A stretch of 64,000 nt of DNA, from NCBI GenBank assembly GCA_051531975.1, contig JAOPTT010000003.1:224001-288000 (forward strand). Reading direction: 5' to 3'. Below, one piece after another: positions 10,400-21,551 of this stretch. Below the pieces are notes generated by a model. It did no database searches. It was given only the letters and a program-made list of their open reading frames with translations, and was not told the origin of the DNA. The stretch is from Spirochaetaceae bacterium (GTDB lineage Bacteria > Spirochaetota > Spirochaetia > DSM-2461). Each line of letters opens with the position of its first letter. The first letter of the stretch is position 1. A program made the position numbers and the translations under genes.

Positions 10400-11665
10400 A
10401 TGACAAGTATAAGTATTATAGATGATGATCATGTACAAATAGTATTAGTTAAGACAATATTAAGTAAATTTGGATACGATGTTAAAACATATTACGACCC
10501 CAAGATTATGTTAAGTGAATATAGTATAGGTAGTACAGATTTAATATTATCAGATATTCATATGCCTGGTTTTAGTGGTCTGGATTTACTAAATGGGATT
10601 AGAACTATCGATAAAAATGTTCCTTTTATTATGTTTACTTCATCTTCTGATATAAAATCAATTATATCTCACTTTAAAAAAGGTATTTCAGATTATTTAT
10701 TAAAACCTGTAAATCCAGATGATTTAGTCCATAGAATTGAACGAGTCCTAGAAGAAAAAAAAGTAAAAAAAGAACTCGAAAAAATAGAGCATGAAAGAGA
10801 ACTTATAGAGCTAGAGAGGCGTAAATTAGTTAACTGGCGAACTTTATATGCAAATAAAGAGACCAGACAAACAGAACAGATGATGTCATTTTTTACAAGA
10901 TCAATTAATTCTGGTTGTGGTTATGTTTGGCTTGATATATTAAACGATTTACCTAAAGAGGAAGATGGCAGTGTAATATTAGATAAGGATCTATTTCAGT
11001 TAGTTTCAGATTCTGCAGGAAGTCAAAGAAAAGCCTTCGATTATCTATCTTTTATAACTAATCTACCGGAAGTTAATAATGAAGTTGTATCTATGAAAAA
11101 TTTCGCAGAAAGTTTATCAAACCTTTATGATGTAAAACTAAAAGAGGTATACGATAAAGATAATAAAGATCTATCATTTAACATAAGCTTAGAAAATGTT
11201 GAAGGTAATCTAAATATTGCGTCAGAATGGCTTTTAAAAGTTATAGCAGAGTTATGTATAAATGCAAGTAAATTTTCTCCTGAAAACAGTCGGGTAATAG
11301 CAGAAGTTTTTAAAGTAAGTAGTCAGCAAATACATGGTACAAATAATGGTCCCAAAAGATGGATTCTTTTTCAGATAAGAAACGAACTACTTAAGTCAAA
11401 TGAGAAAGATGAATATGGGGAGGATATAATAGGTATACCCTACGATTATATAGAATTAGTATACGACCTATTTTACACAATAGAGTCATTCCCCACTGAA
11501 CACCCCAGCGAGGAGTGGTCTAATGGAACTGGATTATATATTGCAAGATATTTAATAAAAAAAATGAATGGCTCTTTAACATGTAAAAATATGATTGATT
11601 ACACAAATGGGGAAGCAAAGCCATATGTACAGTTTCAACTAGCATTACCTATAACTGATAAGTAA
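10400..11665 (+). CDS. Receiver domain fused to a degenerate histidine-kinase ATPase domain
   Basis: REC motifs IIDDD, SDIHMP and LLKP; C-terminal N-box ELCINASKFS and G2-like GTGLYIA; no H-box His visible. Confidence 0.8.
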   Translation: MTSISIIDDDHVQIVLVKTILSKFGYDVKTYYDPKIMLSEYSIGSTDLILSDIHMPGFSGLDLLNGIRTIDKNVPFIMFTSSSDIKSIISHFKKGISDYLLKPVNPDDLVHRIERVLEEKKVKKELEKIEHERELIELERRKLVNWRTLYANKETRQTEQMMSFFTRSINSGCGYVWLDILNDLPKEEDGSVILDKDLFQLVSDSAGSQRKAFDYLSFITNLPEVNNEVVSMKNFAESLSNLYDVKLKEVYDKDNKDLSFNISLENVEGNLNIASEWLLKVIAELCINASKFSPENSRVIAEVFKVSSQQIHGTNNGPKRWILFQIRNELLKSNEKDEYGEDIIGIPYDYIELVYDLFYTIESFPTEHPSEEWSNGTGLYIARYLIKKMNGSLTCKNMIDYTNGEAKPYVQFQLALPITDK

Positions 11666-14600
11666 TTAAATCTTAGAACTTATACTCTCCAGGACTTCTA
11701 TAGCTTCTTTCATCTTATATTTTGATAAAAGCTTTTTACAACTGTTAAAATCAAAAATAAAGTTCTGGTCTAACTGGAACTCTTCTAGCTGCTCTAATAT
11801 AGAAATTGCAGGTTTAGGTTTCCTACTTTTTAATGAATCAACAGCCTCTTTAAGTTTGATTTTCAGATCTTCGTCTGTAATTTGTTTATCTCTAATGATT
11901 GAATTATCCTGGTCTAATTCCAAGGACTTAAGTTCTTTGATAAGATCTAATAAAGTATTCCCAAACTCTTCTAAAACTTTTTTATCATCTATTTCTTCTT
12001 TTATAGTACTTTCTACTACTTCTGCCTTTTTTTGTAATTCTGAAGCACCAATATTACCGGCTACACCTTTTACTGTATGGGCTAATCTAACTGCAAGTTC
12101 AAAGTTTTCTACTTTCACTGCATCTTCTATCTCAGATAATATATTAGAATATTCCTCTCTAAACTTTTTAATAATATTTAAGTATAACTTTTTATTGCCA
12201 TTAACATTTTTTAAACCAAGATTTGTATTAATACCTTTTATAGTAGGAATATTCAGTTCAGATTCTACAGAGTTATTATCTTGTATAAATGATTCTGGAA
12301 GTTCTCTATCTCCAGGTTTGATCCATGTTGTTAAAGCCTGCCACAAGTCGTGGGGTATTATTGGTTTAGTGACATAATCATTCATCCCTACAGCACTAAC
12401 CTGATTTCGTACACCTGTCATAGCATCTGCAGTCATAGCGATTATAGGAAGACTATCGATGTCTTTGTTCTCTCTTAGCTTTTTTGTTGCCTCGTATCCA
12501 TCCATGATAGGCATCTGAAGGTCCATTAAAACTAAATCATATGAATGATTATTATCGATTAAATCTACTGCTATCTTCCCGTTTTCTGCAATTTCAATAT
12601 AAAACCCCTCATGTTCAAGAATCTCTTTTGCAACTTGCTGATTTATTTCGTTATCTTCAACTAAAAGTAGTTTAGCACCACGTACTTTATCAAATCCTTG
12701 AGGTTTAACATCTTTATTAATAGCTATTTTCTTAACTGCGATACTTTTGCCAAAGACTTCCATTATCGTATCATATAACATAGATGGACTTACGGGTTTA
12801 ATTAAAAAACCCTGTAGCCCTACATCTGTGGCCTGTCTCATAATCTCTTCTCGGCCATAACCAGTAATCATAATAATTTTTGGAACTTCAATATTTTCTA
12901 ATTCTGATCTAATCTTTCTAGATGTTTCAATACCATTCATTCCAGGCATCTGATAATCCATTAAAACAAGGTCGTAATCCCTATTTTTAGAAGCTTTAGA
13001 CTGAACTATATTTCTGATAGCCATATCCCCGGAGGCTACAGATGTAACATTAAAAGAGAAGTCTTCTAAATATGAAGTAAGTACATCTCTTGCACTTTCG
13101 TTGTCATCAACAATTAAGATATTCAGACCTAAAAGATCTTCCGGAGTTATAATTTTTTCTCTGATTTCACCTTTAGCAATTTTAAATGGGATTGTAAAAT
13201 AGAAGTTTGATCCCTCACCATATGTACTCTCGACACCTACTTCTCCACCCATTAATTCAGCGAGTTTTTTACTTATTGAGAGTCCTAGACCAGTACCTCC
13301 GTATTTTCTTGTAGTAGATGTATCTGCTTGGGCAAAGGACTGAAACAGTTTATTAATCTGTTCCTGGGTTAACCCAATACCTGTATCTTTAACTTCAAAC
13401 TTTAGAGTAACAGATTTATCGTTTCTTTCAACAACATTAGTAACAACAACAATCTCACCTTTTTCTGTAAATTTTACAGCATTATTAGTTAAGTTTAATA
13501 AAATCTGTCCTAACCGAAGTGGATCACCAATTAAATTATTGGGAATATTTATATCCTGATCAAAAACTAATTCTAAGTTCTTATCTCTAACCTTATCCCC
13601 TATCATTCCAGATAAGGTACCAAGAACCTCGTTAAATACAAATTGAGTATTTTCTATTTCTAATTTCCCAGCTTCAATCTTAGAGAAATCTAATATATCG
13701 TTTATAATACCTAATAAGTTTTTAGCTGAACTGCCAATTTTGTCTACATAATCCAACTGCTTATGGTTTAAATCTGTTTTTCCTAACAAACTATCTAACC
13801 CTATTATAGCATTCATCGGTGTTCTAATCTCATGGGACATATTTGCTAAAAAGTCACTTTTTGCTTTATTAGCATCATCAGCTATATCCTTAGCACTGGT
13901 TAATTCATTTTGAATCTTTTTTAAATCTGTAATATCTATTACCCAACCTAAAATTGCCTTTTCTTCCATATAATCTATGCTAAAAAATGTTACTAAGACA
14001 TCTAAAATATTTTTATTGACATCATATATCTGTGTTTCAAGGTTTCTAATTACTCCATATTCTTTAATGCTTACAAGCATCTGATTCCTATCTTCAATAT
14101 TTACATAAGTACTAAGAATTGATTCTCCAATATTAATCCCTGTCATTTCAACTATTTTAGGGTTAACATTTTTAACTATGCCATCTACGGCAACAACAAC
14201 TCCAACAGGGCTTGAATCAAAAATAGATTGTAATTGTTCCCTTTGTTTTGATAATGCTTCTTCGTTTACTTTACGTTCAGTTATATCCTGATTGATTCCC
14301 ATAACCATTTTAGGGCTTCCATCATCGTTTCTTTCAACGATCTTACCGGCACCATATAACCATACATATTCATCATCTTTTGGGTGTCGATATCTAAATT
14401 CAGAAACATACATTTCTGTTTTACCCTCTAAATGATCTGTTAATGCTGTAAATGCATTGTTCAAATCCTCTGGGTGTAACCTCGATTTCCAAACTTCAGA
14501 AACATCTTCTTCTTCAGGGTCAAAGCCAAAAAGCTCTAAGTACATCTCGGAGCCTGTAGTTTTATCATCTGCTAAAGTCCAATTCCATGTAGCAATTCTA

Positions 14601-17600
14601 GCACTATCAGTTGCAATTTTTGTTCGCTCTTTTTCACCTTCTAATTGTTTCTGATTTTCTAATAACTCTTTTGTTCTTTTTAATACGGTCTCTTCCAAAG
14701 TTCGATTGGCATTTTCACCTGACTTCAATACTAAAATGATTATGAGACTACTCATTAACATGGTTAGTGAAAATACGATAATAATTGTTAATCTAAGGGA
14801 GTCAAAAACTGAAAATGCATCATTTACTTTTATTTCAGATATAATACCTAAACCTAAATTATCAAGCCAAAATCCAGCACCATAAACTTCTTCACCTATA
14901 GAATTAATATAACTTAACATATTTGTATAAATAGTATCGTCCTTAATATTAATTCCGTTTGTAATTACTCTATCTGCAATTACAGTAAGAGGAGCGTCTA
15001 TACTATTTTCAGTTTTTGAATATAGGTTCATTGCAGATGTCTGCCCAGGTTTTAAATAACCAAGTTCTATAAATTTTTCATCTAGAAAACTTGTGGATAA
15101 AAAGAGTCCATTTTTATCAATTGCGTAGTTACTATTTCTTTTATTATGTATAAAACTTATAGAATCAGAAAATCCCTCTTTTGGATCACACTCCAACATA
15201 ACTAATGCAATTACATTTTCATCTGTATCTGTTAATGGTCCGACAAAAAAGAGCTTTTTATCAGCTTCGAAAAACGATATATTTCCATTCCATGCACTTT
15301 CTATTAAATTTAAATCATCAACTATAAATTTATTACTAAGCCCTATCTCTTTTTCTGAACTTGAAGCTATATTTATATTTTTAGAATCTAAGATATGAAA
15401 TCCAATATTGGGGAATTCTTCCCTATATTTATTGATACTAATTCTAACATTTATTGAACTATTTGAACTTATAAAGCCATGGGTTGATTTTACATATAAT
15501 AACTCTTTGCAGATTTCTACTAGGTCATGATCTGTGCCAATATCTTTTAAATTATTATATCCATTTTGTATCCATATATTCAGATTATGTCCTGTAATAT
15601 CTAAAGAGACATCTAAAGACTGTTCTATAGCCATTAATGTTTCATTTTTATTTTTATCTAATAGCCGTAACCCTACAAATAAAATTATTATTACTACTAT
15701 ACCAAAACTAGAAAGAATAAATATACGAAATTGTTTTGACCCAAAATTTATATTAAAATCTTTTCTATTTATCATTCTAGAAATTATTATAAATAGGGCA
15801 ATAAGAATTACTAAAGTCAATATTATTTTAAGGCCATTTAGAAGTAAATTATTTGTGGTAACCGCAACATCTTCTTCAATAACATTAATTCCAACTCCCC
15901 ACTTTTTTGTAAGGGCATCAAAATCATCTCTAGGAAAGGATCTAATAGCTTTGTTTAATATTGATTGCAGTTCAGGCCAATCATCCCTGACCCCGATAAA
16001 ATACTCATCTGCACCTTCATCTTCTCCAAAGAAAGTATAAGCTCCTATTATTAAATTACTTAAACCTAGGTCACTTAATAAATAATTACCAACACCTGCA
16101 TCAAATGGAGCCGCATCAGCATCTCCAAATGCTACAGCTCTTAACGCTTCAGCTGCATTTTCAGTTTCTAATAGAACTGCTTTAGGGTATTTCTCTTTAA
16201 TATATCCTATGTCTGCAAAACCTGAAGGAATTGCAATAGTGGAGTGGTTTAAATCTTTGTCAGTTTTAAAAGATTTATTATTAATATTTATATATATTGC
16301 TGTTATGTTTTTAAAATATGAATCCGTAAATAGTGTGAATAATTTTCGCTCATCAGTTACAGAAATAGTGTGTAACATATCAACTTTTTTATTTTTAAAG
16401 TCTTCAACTGCTCCCACCCAATCATCCCGGCTTTCCCAATTTATATTTAAACCAACCATATCACTTAAATATTCCACAACATCGATACTAAAACCCTGGG
16501 GTTCATTGTTTTTATAAAAATCGTAGGGTGGATAATTTTTATCATTTATAACAGTAATTACTGGATGTCTAGATATAAACTCCCGTTCTGCATAAGTAAG
16601 CTCTATTAAACTATTTTCTATATCTTTCTCTATTAGGCTTGATATATCAATACTATATCTTCTTAGATTAGGGCTGTAAAATTTTGAATTCTTCCTAAAA
16701 TTAATGTCATTTACATCCATTGATAGAAAAAATGAAAAAAGTCCTATATTATCTTTTGAAATAGCGTTGATTGGCGTATTAAAGGATGTTCCCTCATTTG
16801 CAAAGTCTACACCTTTTAAATAGTCGTGTAGTAGAAGAACTGCCCAACTACCTTCAAGGAAATGCCCTCCAACTGATACGGACTGATTATCATTAACTAT
16901 TTCAGTTATAGAATCTGTATCCCAATTTATTCCTCCAACAAATATTTTATTGGTCAATTTAAGCTCTTTTATAGCTTTAACTACACCCCGGGCCATTAAA
17001 TCAGTAGAACACCATACAATATTTATAGAGGGGTCTTGAATATACATTTCTTTAAATACATTACCAGCAATTTCTTCTTTAAATTTACCACTTTTTATAT
17101 ATAAAGCATTAATATCTTTTGAATATTTAGAATATGATTTTAGAGCTTCTATACGGTCTTTGTTTTTTTGTGCTGTTAAGTTACCAGAGATACTAAGAAC
17201 ATTATATTTGTTTACACCATTTTTGCTGGCACTGGATATTAATTGCTGAAGAAGCAGATTTCCCATATTAATTGAGTCAGGTACCATTTTACCTATCCAA
17301 CTACTATATTTGGTTCTAGGTAAAAGCTCTTTATTTGGTAAGTCACCATCTATAATAAAAACTGGAACACTATATTTATCGGTTATTTCTAATACTTTTT
17401 CCCCATTTTTACCAGATGGAGGTATTATAATTCCATCAATACCATTAATACATTGCTCCTCTACTTTGGCCAGTAAGGCCCCGGTCGTAACCACAATTTC
17501 TAGTTCTGTATCTAGATCAAATGCTGTAGCTTCTGCATATTTTGCTAAATTAAGCCAAAACAGACCGTCACCTGGAATTAGTAGTGCAATTTTAATATCA

Positions 17601-17695
17601 GTAGAGTTTGAATATATTGGGAAAAGCATTATTAAAAAAAATGCTAATATAATTGTTTTACGAGTAGAAACCTTAAGAAAATTATTATTATTCAT
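11666..17695 (-). CDS. Multi-sensor hybrid histidine kinase (type I PBP + type II PBP + Cache-like + PAS + HisKA/HATPase + 2 REC + HPt)
   Basis: [21 protein letters not shown], two LMD(Y/L)QMP receivers and HPt AHTVKGVAG; N-terminal RbsB-like and YPPYDF SBP_bac_3-like domains. Confidence 0.92.
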   Translation of the reverse strand: MNNNNFLKVSTRKTIILAFFLIMLFPIYSNSTDIKIALLIPGDGLFWLNLAKYAEATAFDLDTELEIVVTTGALLAKVEEQCINGIDGIIIPPSGKNGEKVLEITDKYSVPVFIIDGDLPNKELLPRTKYSSWIGKMVPDSINMGNLLLQQLISSASKNGVNKYNVLSISGNLTAQKNKDRIEALKSYSKYSKDINALYIKSGKFKEEIAGNVFKEMYIQDPSINIVWCSTDLMARGVVKAIKELKLTNKIFVGGINWDTDSITEIVNDNQSVSVGGHFLEGSWAVLLLHDYLKGVDFANEGTSFNTPINAISKDNIGLFSFFLSMDVNDINFRKNSKFYSPNLRRYSIDISSLIEKDIENSLIELTYAEREFISRHPVITVINDKNYPPYDFYKNNEPQGFSIDVVEYLSDMVGLNINWESRDDWVGAVEDFKNKKVDMLHTISVTDERKLFTLFTDSYFKNITAIYININNKSFKTDKDLNHSTIAIPSGFADIGYIKEKYPKAVLLETENAAEALRAVAFGDADAAPFDAGVGNYLLSDLGLSNLIIGAYTFFGEDEGADEYFIGVRDDWPELQSILNKAIRSFPRDDFDALTKKWGVGINVIEEDVAVTTNNLLLNGLKIILTLVILIALFIIISRMINRKDFNINFGSKQFRIFILSSFGIVVIIILFVGLRLLDKNKNETLMAIEQSLDVSLDITGHNLNIWIQNGYNNLKDIGTDHDLVEICKELLYVKSTHGFISSNSSINVRISINKYREEFPNIGFHILDSKNINIASSSEKEIGLSNKFIVDDLNLIESAWNGNISFFEADKKLFFVGPLTDTDENVIALVMLECDPKEGFSDSISFIHNKRNSNYAIDKNGLFLSTSFLDEKFIELGYLKPGQTSAMNLYSKTENSIDAPLTVIADRVITNGINIKDDTIYTNMLSYINSIGEEVYGAGFWLDNLGLGIISEIKVNDAFSVFDSLRLTIIIVFSLTMLMSSLIIILVLKSGENANRTLEETVLKRTKELLENQKQLEGEKERTKIATDSARIATWNWTLADDKTTGSEMYLELFGFDPEEEDVSEVWKSRLHPEDLNNAFTALTDHLEGKTEMYVSEFRYRHPKDDEYVWLYGAGKIVERNDDGSPKMVMGINQDITERKVNEEALSKQREQLQSIFDSSPVGVVVAVDGIVKNVNPKIVEMTGINIGESILSTYVNIEDRNQMLVSIKEYGVIRNLETQIYDVNKNILDVLVTFFSIDYMEEKAILGWVIDITDLKKIQNELTSAKDIADDANKAKSDFLANMSHEIRTPMNAIIGLDSLLGKTDLNHKQLDYVDKIGSSAKNLLGIINDILDFSKIEAGKLEIENTQFVFNEVLGTLSGMIGDKVRDKNLELVFDQDINIPNNLIGDPLRLGQILLNLTNNAVKFTEKGEIVVVTNVVERNDKSVTLKFEVKDTGIGLTQEQINKLFQSFAQADTSTTRKYGGTGLGLSISKKLAELMGGEVGVESTYGEGSNFYFTIPFKIAKGEIREKIITPEDLLGLNILIVDDNESARDVLTSYLEDFSFNVTSVASGDMAIRNIVQSKASKNRDYDLVLMDYQMPGMNGIETSRKIRSELENIEVPKIIMITGYGREEIMRQATDVGLQGFLIKPVSPSMLYDTIMEVFGKSIAVKKIAINKDVKPQGFDKVRGAKLLLVEDNEINQQVAKEILEHEGFYIEIAENGKIAVDLIDNNHSYDLVLMDLQMPIMDGYEATKKLRENKDIDSLPIIAMTADAMTGVRNQVSAVGMNDYVTKPIIPHDLWQALTTWIKPGDRELPESFIQDNNSVESELNIPTIKGINTNLGLKNVNGNKKLYLNIIKKFREEYSNILSEIEDAVKVENFELAVRLAHTVKGVAGNIGASELQKKAEVVESTIKEEIDDKKVLEEFGNTLLDLIKELKSLELDQDNSIIRDKQITDEDLKIKLKEAVDSLKSRKPKPAISILEQLEEFQLDQNFIFDFNSCKKLLSKYKMKEAIEVLESISSKI

Positions 17696-17713
17696 TTTTA
17701 ATCCTTGTTACAA

Positions 17714-17742
17714 ATTATATATAACAAAGGATCATTATTCAA
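17714..17742 (-). promoter_or_regulatory. sigma-70 promoter of the 2009-aa hybrid kinase
   Basis: TTGAAT-17 bp-TATAAT, followed by AAGGA SD and ATG at 17695. Confidence 0.6.
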
Positions 17743-17782
17743 ACAATTAAATTTGTCATTATTGAATTATTACAAGTTAAAA

Positions 17783-17814
17783 TATGTAGCATATAATTCC
17801 TCATATGCTACATA
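17783..17814 (-). terminator. Terminator hairpin after GH3
   Basis: Perfect 12-bp inverted repeat TATGTAGCATAT/ATATGCTACATA with 8-nt loop, 4 nt after the stop codon, T-rich tail. Confidence 0.7.
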
Positions 17815-17818
17815 ATTT

Positions 17819-20581
17819 TTATTTTCTCTGAAATGATACATAATCTATTTCAAGGCCTGCTTTGGTAATTTCAAGATCTAGTCTATACAGCCCTTTTTTA
17901 AGAAATAGGGGTATATTTTTCTCTTTAACCCAACGTCCAAAAGTTCCATTTAATTGAATATTTGTTACAACTTTACCATTTAATAGAATATTACAAGATG
18001 ATTGAGCCGAAGGATCATGATCGTGCATCATACATGTGATAATGTTATAAACTCCATCGATTTCCACTCTAAAAGCGCTGCTCTTATTTTCTGTTGAATT
18101 AAACTTCAAATCACTATCTACAGGAAATATTTCACCGTTATAATCTAACTTTTCTAATGGCTCAACAGGTCTAGATTCTATAGCTTTTATTGGTCTATCC
18201 ATTGCCTTAGTATTAGTTATAAATCTGCAAATATTTATTGCACATCTCTGTAGTTCAGCAATTGATAACTCTCCATTTTTTATAGCTTCAAACTGGTCAT
18301 CATCTAAACTATTTACTTCTGCACCAAAGTTATTAACCAACATGAAAATATCATTCTGGGAACGAACCATACAGGACAGGCGTCTAATTGTAGCTTCACC
18401 ACCATTTATAGGATCATTCATTTTAGCCCACCAGTCAGTCATGACAATTCCTGTATAACCCCACTCTTTTCTTAAAATTGTTGTATTTAAGTCGTAATTT
18501 GATGCAGCCCATATTCCGTTAATCGGGTTATATGCTGTCATTAAACTTTTTGTATCCCCTTCTTTTACAGCAATCTCAAAACCTTTCAGGTGGATCTCTC
18601 TTAAAGCTCGCTCTGATATAATTGAGTCAACGATACTTCTGTTATGCTCTTGATCATTACAGGCAAAATGTTTAACTGTACCTGTTGCTCCACCTTTTTT
18701 CAGGCCTAATGTAGTAGCTTTAGCCATACATCCTGTTAAAAAAGGATCTTCTGAAAAGTATTCAAAATTACGACCATTTAACGGATGTCTATGTATATTC
18801 ATCCCTGGGCCTAATAGTGTATCGATGTTATTTAAAACAAGTTCTTTACCCTCAAAGGTATATAATTCTAAAACCATTTTAGTATCCCAACTCGAAGCTA
18901 ATAAAGTTCCAATTGGTAATTGTATTGCCTTCTCTCCACTATCCATACGTATTCCAGAAGGACCATCCGCGGCACATGTAGCAGGGATACCATATTTTTG
19001 TAGGTTATCTCCAACACCACCAAATGCTCCTGCAGTTCCCGATGTTACTCTTGGACTACCCATACCTTCGCCACGAACTATAGTTTCTAATTCACTTTGT
19101 GAAAGTTGGGCAACAAAAGATTCCAAGGAATGTTTACCATCTTTTACATCCTGGAGTTTAATACCTAAATCTCCAGTCTGTTTATACTCTTGTGGTAACC
19201 ACTTAGTCATACGTTCTTTTAAAGAACCAACTCTTTTTGGAACATCTTCATAAACTACTTCATATTCACCATTACTTTTTAGATTCCCTGGCTTCATACG
19301 TTTAAAGTCGACCGTTGGGCACATCGATTCATTTAATTCTTCAACAACCAATAGATCTAAAGTTTCTGATTTAATTAATTCTACATTCCTAATACTATTT
19401 CCAAGAAATAACTTATACTCTCCTTCTTCAAGAACATAAGCAGATTTAAAACCTGTTAGTCCAGCATCATCGTAGGATGCCATTCTTGATAATGGGATTT
19501 TTATAGTTAAGATTTGACTCTCACCTGGTTTTAGAAGATCTGTTTTATTAAATCCTCCAAGCTCCATGGCTGGTTTCCCAAGTTTTCCTTGTGGGGCAGA
19601 ATAATAAAGTTGAACAACCTCTCGCCCGGAATATTTATCTCCAATGTTAGTAACATTTACCTCTATTTCAAACAGTGAATTTATGCCATTATCTATTTTT
19701 TTACATACAAAATTATCTAATTTGAAATCGGTATAAGTTAAGCCATAACCAAAAGGAAATCGAACCGCATCTTTATTAAAAGTTTCAAAGTATCTATACC
19801 CTAAATATATATCTTCCTGGTAGATATTTTTTGTTTCGTTTCCAAAGTTTTTATGGCTAGGGTACATTTCTAATTCATAAGCAATAGTATTTGTTAACTT
19901 ACCACTAGGAGTAACATCACCTGATAAGATATCAGCTAATGCATTTCCACCCTCTATTCCACCTTGCCAAGAGTATAAAACCGCTGTGATACTGTTTTTA
20001 AGTTGATCATTATCCAACCAACTCATATCTATAATATTTGATACATTTAAAACTACAGCAATATCACTGAAATGTTTTGCAACATTTAATAACATCTGCA
20101 TTTCTAGGTCGGTTAATAGATAACTACCTTTTCTGTTTTTATTATCGTGTTCTTCTCCAGCAGTTCGACCAATTATAACAACTCCTTTATTAGAGGTAGT
20201 TCTAGCTTTTTTAACAATATCTTCTGTTAAAACCATCTCAGTTTGAAACCAAGGCTCTGCTGCCCAACCTCCACCACCATTTTGAAATGGATTTTCGACT
20301 ACAAAGTTTCTATATACTTCTTCAAGATAACTGTTATGGTTTATTGAATTACTGTTTTTTATACCATCTATGGCATTTACAGCGTATGGTACATTAACGG
20401 AACCACCAGAACCTGTTCCACTTCGGTAATAATCTATCTGACATCTACCAAAAACTGCAAGCTCATCATTTATATTTAAAGGTAACATCTGGGTACTATT
20501 TTTTAATAGAACAATACCATCCGCACCTGCTTTTCTTGTATATTCTGTAAATCCTTTAACTTCTTTTACATCTGATCCCAT
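17819..20581 (-). CDS. Beta-glucosidase GH3 with permuted domain order
   Basis: GIVLLKN at the N-terminus; ADGPSGIR, GRNFEYFSEDP, KHFACN and VMTDW motifs. Confidence 0.93.
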   Translation of the reverse strand: MGSDVKEVKGFTEYTRKAGADGIVLLKNSTQMLPLNINDELAVFGRCQIDYYRSGTGSGGSVNVPYAVNAIDGIKNSNSINHNSYLEEVYRNFVVENPFQNGGGGWAAEPWFQTEMVLTEDIVKKARTTSNKGVVIIGRTAGEEHDNKNRKGSYLLTDLEMQMLLNVAKHFSDIAVVLNVSNIIDMSWLDNDQLKNSITAVLYSWQGGIEGGNALADILSGDVTPSGKLTNTIAYELEMYPSHKNFGNETKNIYQEDIYLGYRYFETFNKDAVRFPFGYGLTYTDFKLDNFVCKKIDNGINSLFEIEVNVTNIGDKYSGREVVQLYYSAPQGKLGKPAMELGGFNKTDLLKPGESQILTIKIPLSRMASYDDAGLTGFKSAYVLEEGEYKLFLGNSIRNVELIKSETLDLLVVEELNESMCPTVDFKRMKPGNLKSNGEYEVVYEDVPKRVGSLKERMTKWLPQEYKQTGDLGIKLQDVKDGKHSLESFVAQLSQSELETIVRGEGMGSPRVTSGTAGAFGGVGDNLQKYGIPATCAADGPSGIRMDSGEKAIQLPIGTLLASSWDTKMVLELYTFEGKELVLNNIDTLLGPGMNIHRHPLNGRNFEYFSEDPFLTGCMAKATTLGLKKGGATGTVKHFACNDQEHNRSIVDSIISERALREIHLKGFEIAVKEGDTKSLMTAYNPINGIWAASNYDLNTTILRKEWGYTGIVMTDWWAKMNDPINGGEATIRRLSCMVRSQNDIFMLVNNFGAEVNSLDDDQFEAIKNGELSIAELQRCAINICRFITNTKAMDRPIKAIESRPVEPLEKLDYNGEIFPVDSDLKFNSTENKSSAFRVEIDGVYNIITCMMHDHDPSAQSSCNILLNGKVVTNIQLNGTFGRWVKEKNIPLFLKKGLYRLDLEITKAGLEIDYVSFQRK

Positions 20582-20648
20582 ACTGGCCTCCAGTTATTTA
20601 GCATATATACAACATAATACAGCATTTACTCAACTATTACCTTGATTC

Positions 20649-20675
20649 TATTGCTAAATATTAGCACAATATTGC
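20649..20675. promoter_or_regulatory. Possible AraC-type operator between the divergent GH3 and AraC genes
   Basis: TATTGC direct repeats 21 bp apart (20649, 20670) and a TGCTAA-ata-TTAGCA inverted repeat. Confidence 0.4.
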
Positions 20676-20681
20676 GAAGTT

Positions 20682-21551
20682 ATGATAAAAGAACAATCAC
20701 TGTATGTTTTACCTCCAATACCTGATAAAAGGTTCCCTATCTATGTTGAGGATCAAAAATATAGCAATAGGGATGAAATTTTTAGAGCTCATTGGCATGA
20801 ACACCTAGAACTACTATTTATGAAGAAGGGTGAAATAAACCTAATTTGTAATGGTCAGACATATATTGCAAAGCAGGGGGATCTTTTAATAATCAATCCA
20901 AATGATATTCACCACCTACAAAGTAGAACTTCCTTTGTAAATATGTATTGTCTGATTTTTGATCTTTCACTTGTTAGAAGCTCTTTAACAGATCCAAGTG
21001 ATCTTAACTTTATTATGCCTCTATCTAATAACCAGTTAGTTTTTAATCATCAAAATATTATTGATAATAATATGGACCGGTGTATAAAAAACTTAGTAGA
21101 CATCTACAATAAAAAGTCAGAAACCAGATCTCTTAAAATTAAATCCCATATTTTTGAACTACTAGACCTAATTTTTACGAACTGCTCCTATACTATGTTG
21201 ACTCCTACTAAATTCAAGAAAAGAAATAGTAATGTGAAAATTATACAGGATCTATTAGTTTACCTAAACCAGAACTTTAACAGTGAGATAAATTTAAAGG
21301 AATTAGCATTTAACTTTAATGTTAGTTACCATCATCTATGTCACCTGTTTAAGGATTATACAAATAGTTCTATTATCCAATATGTAACTTCTTTAAGAAT
21401 TGATAAATCAATCTACTATCTAAAACATACAGATAAGACCATGTCTGAGATCGCAATGCTTATTGGATACGATGATAGTAATTATTTTAGTAGAACATTC
21501 AAAAAGCTTATGAATCTCTCTCCAAGGGATTATCTAAAGTCTCTAGAATAA
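20682..21551 (+). CDS. AraC-family transcriptional regulator (cupin + HTH)
   Basis: HWHEHLELL cupin motif; C-terminal [24 protein letters not shown]. Confidence 0.93.
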   Translation: MIKEQSLYVLPPIPDKRFPIYVEDQKYSNRDEIFRAHWHEHLELLFMKKGEINLICNGQTYIAKQGDLLIINPNDIHHLQSRTSFVNMYCLIFDLSLVRSSLTDPSDLNFIMPLSNNQLVFNHQNIIDNNMDRCIKNLVDIYNKKSETRSLKIKSHIFELLDLIFTNCSYTMLTPTKFKKRNSNVKIIQDLLVYLNQNFNSEINLKELAFNFNVSYHHLCHLFKDYTNSSIIQYVTSLRIDKSIYYLKHTDKTMSEIAMLIGYDDSNYFSRTFKKLMNLSPRDYLKSLE

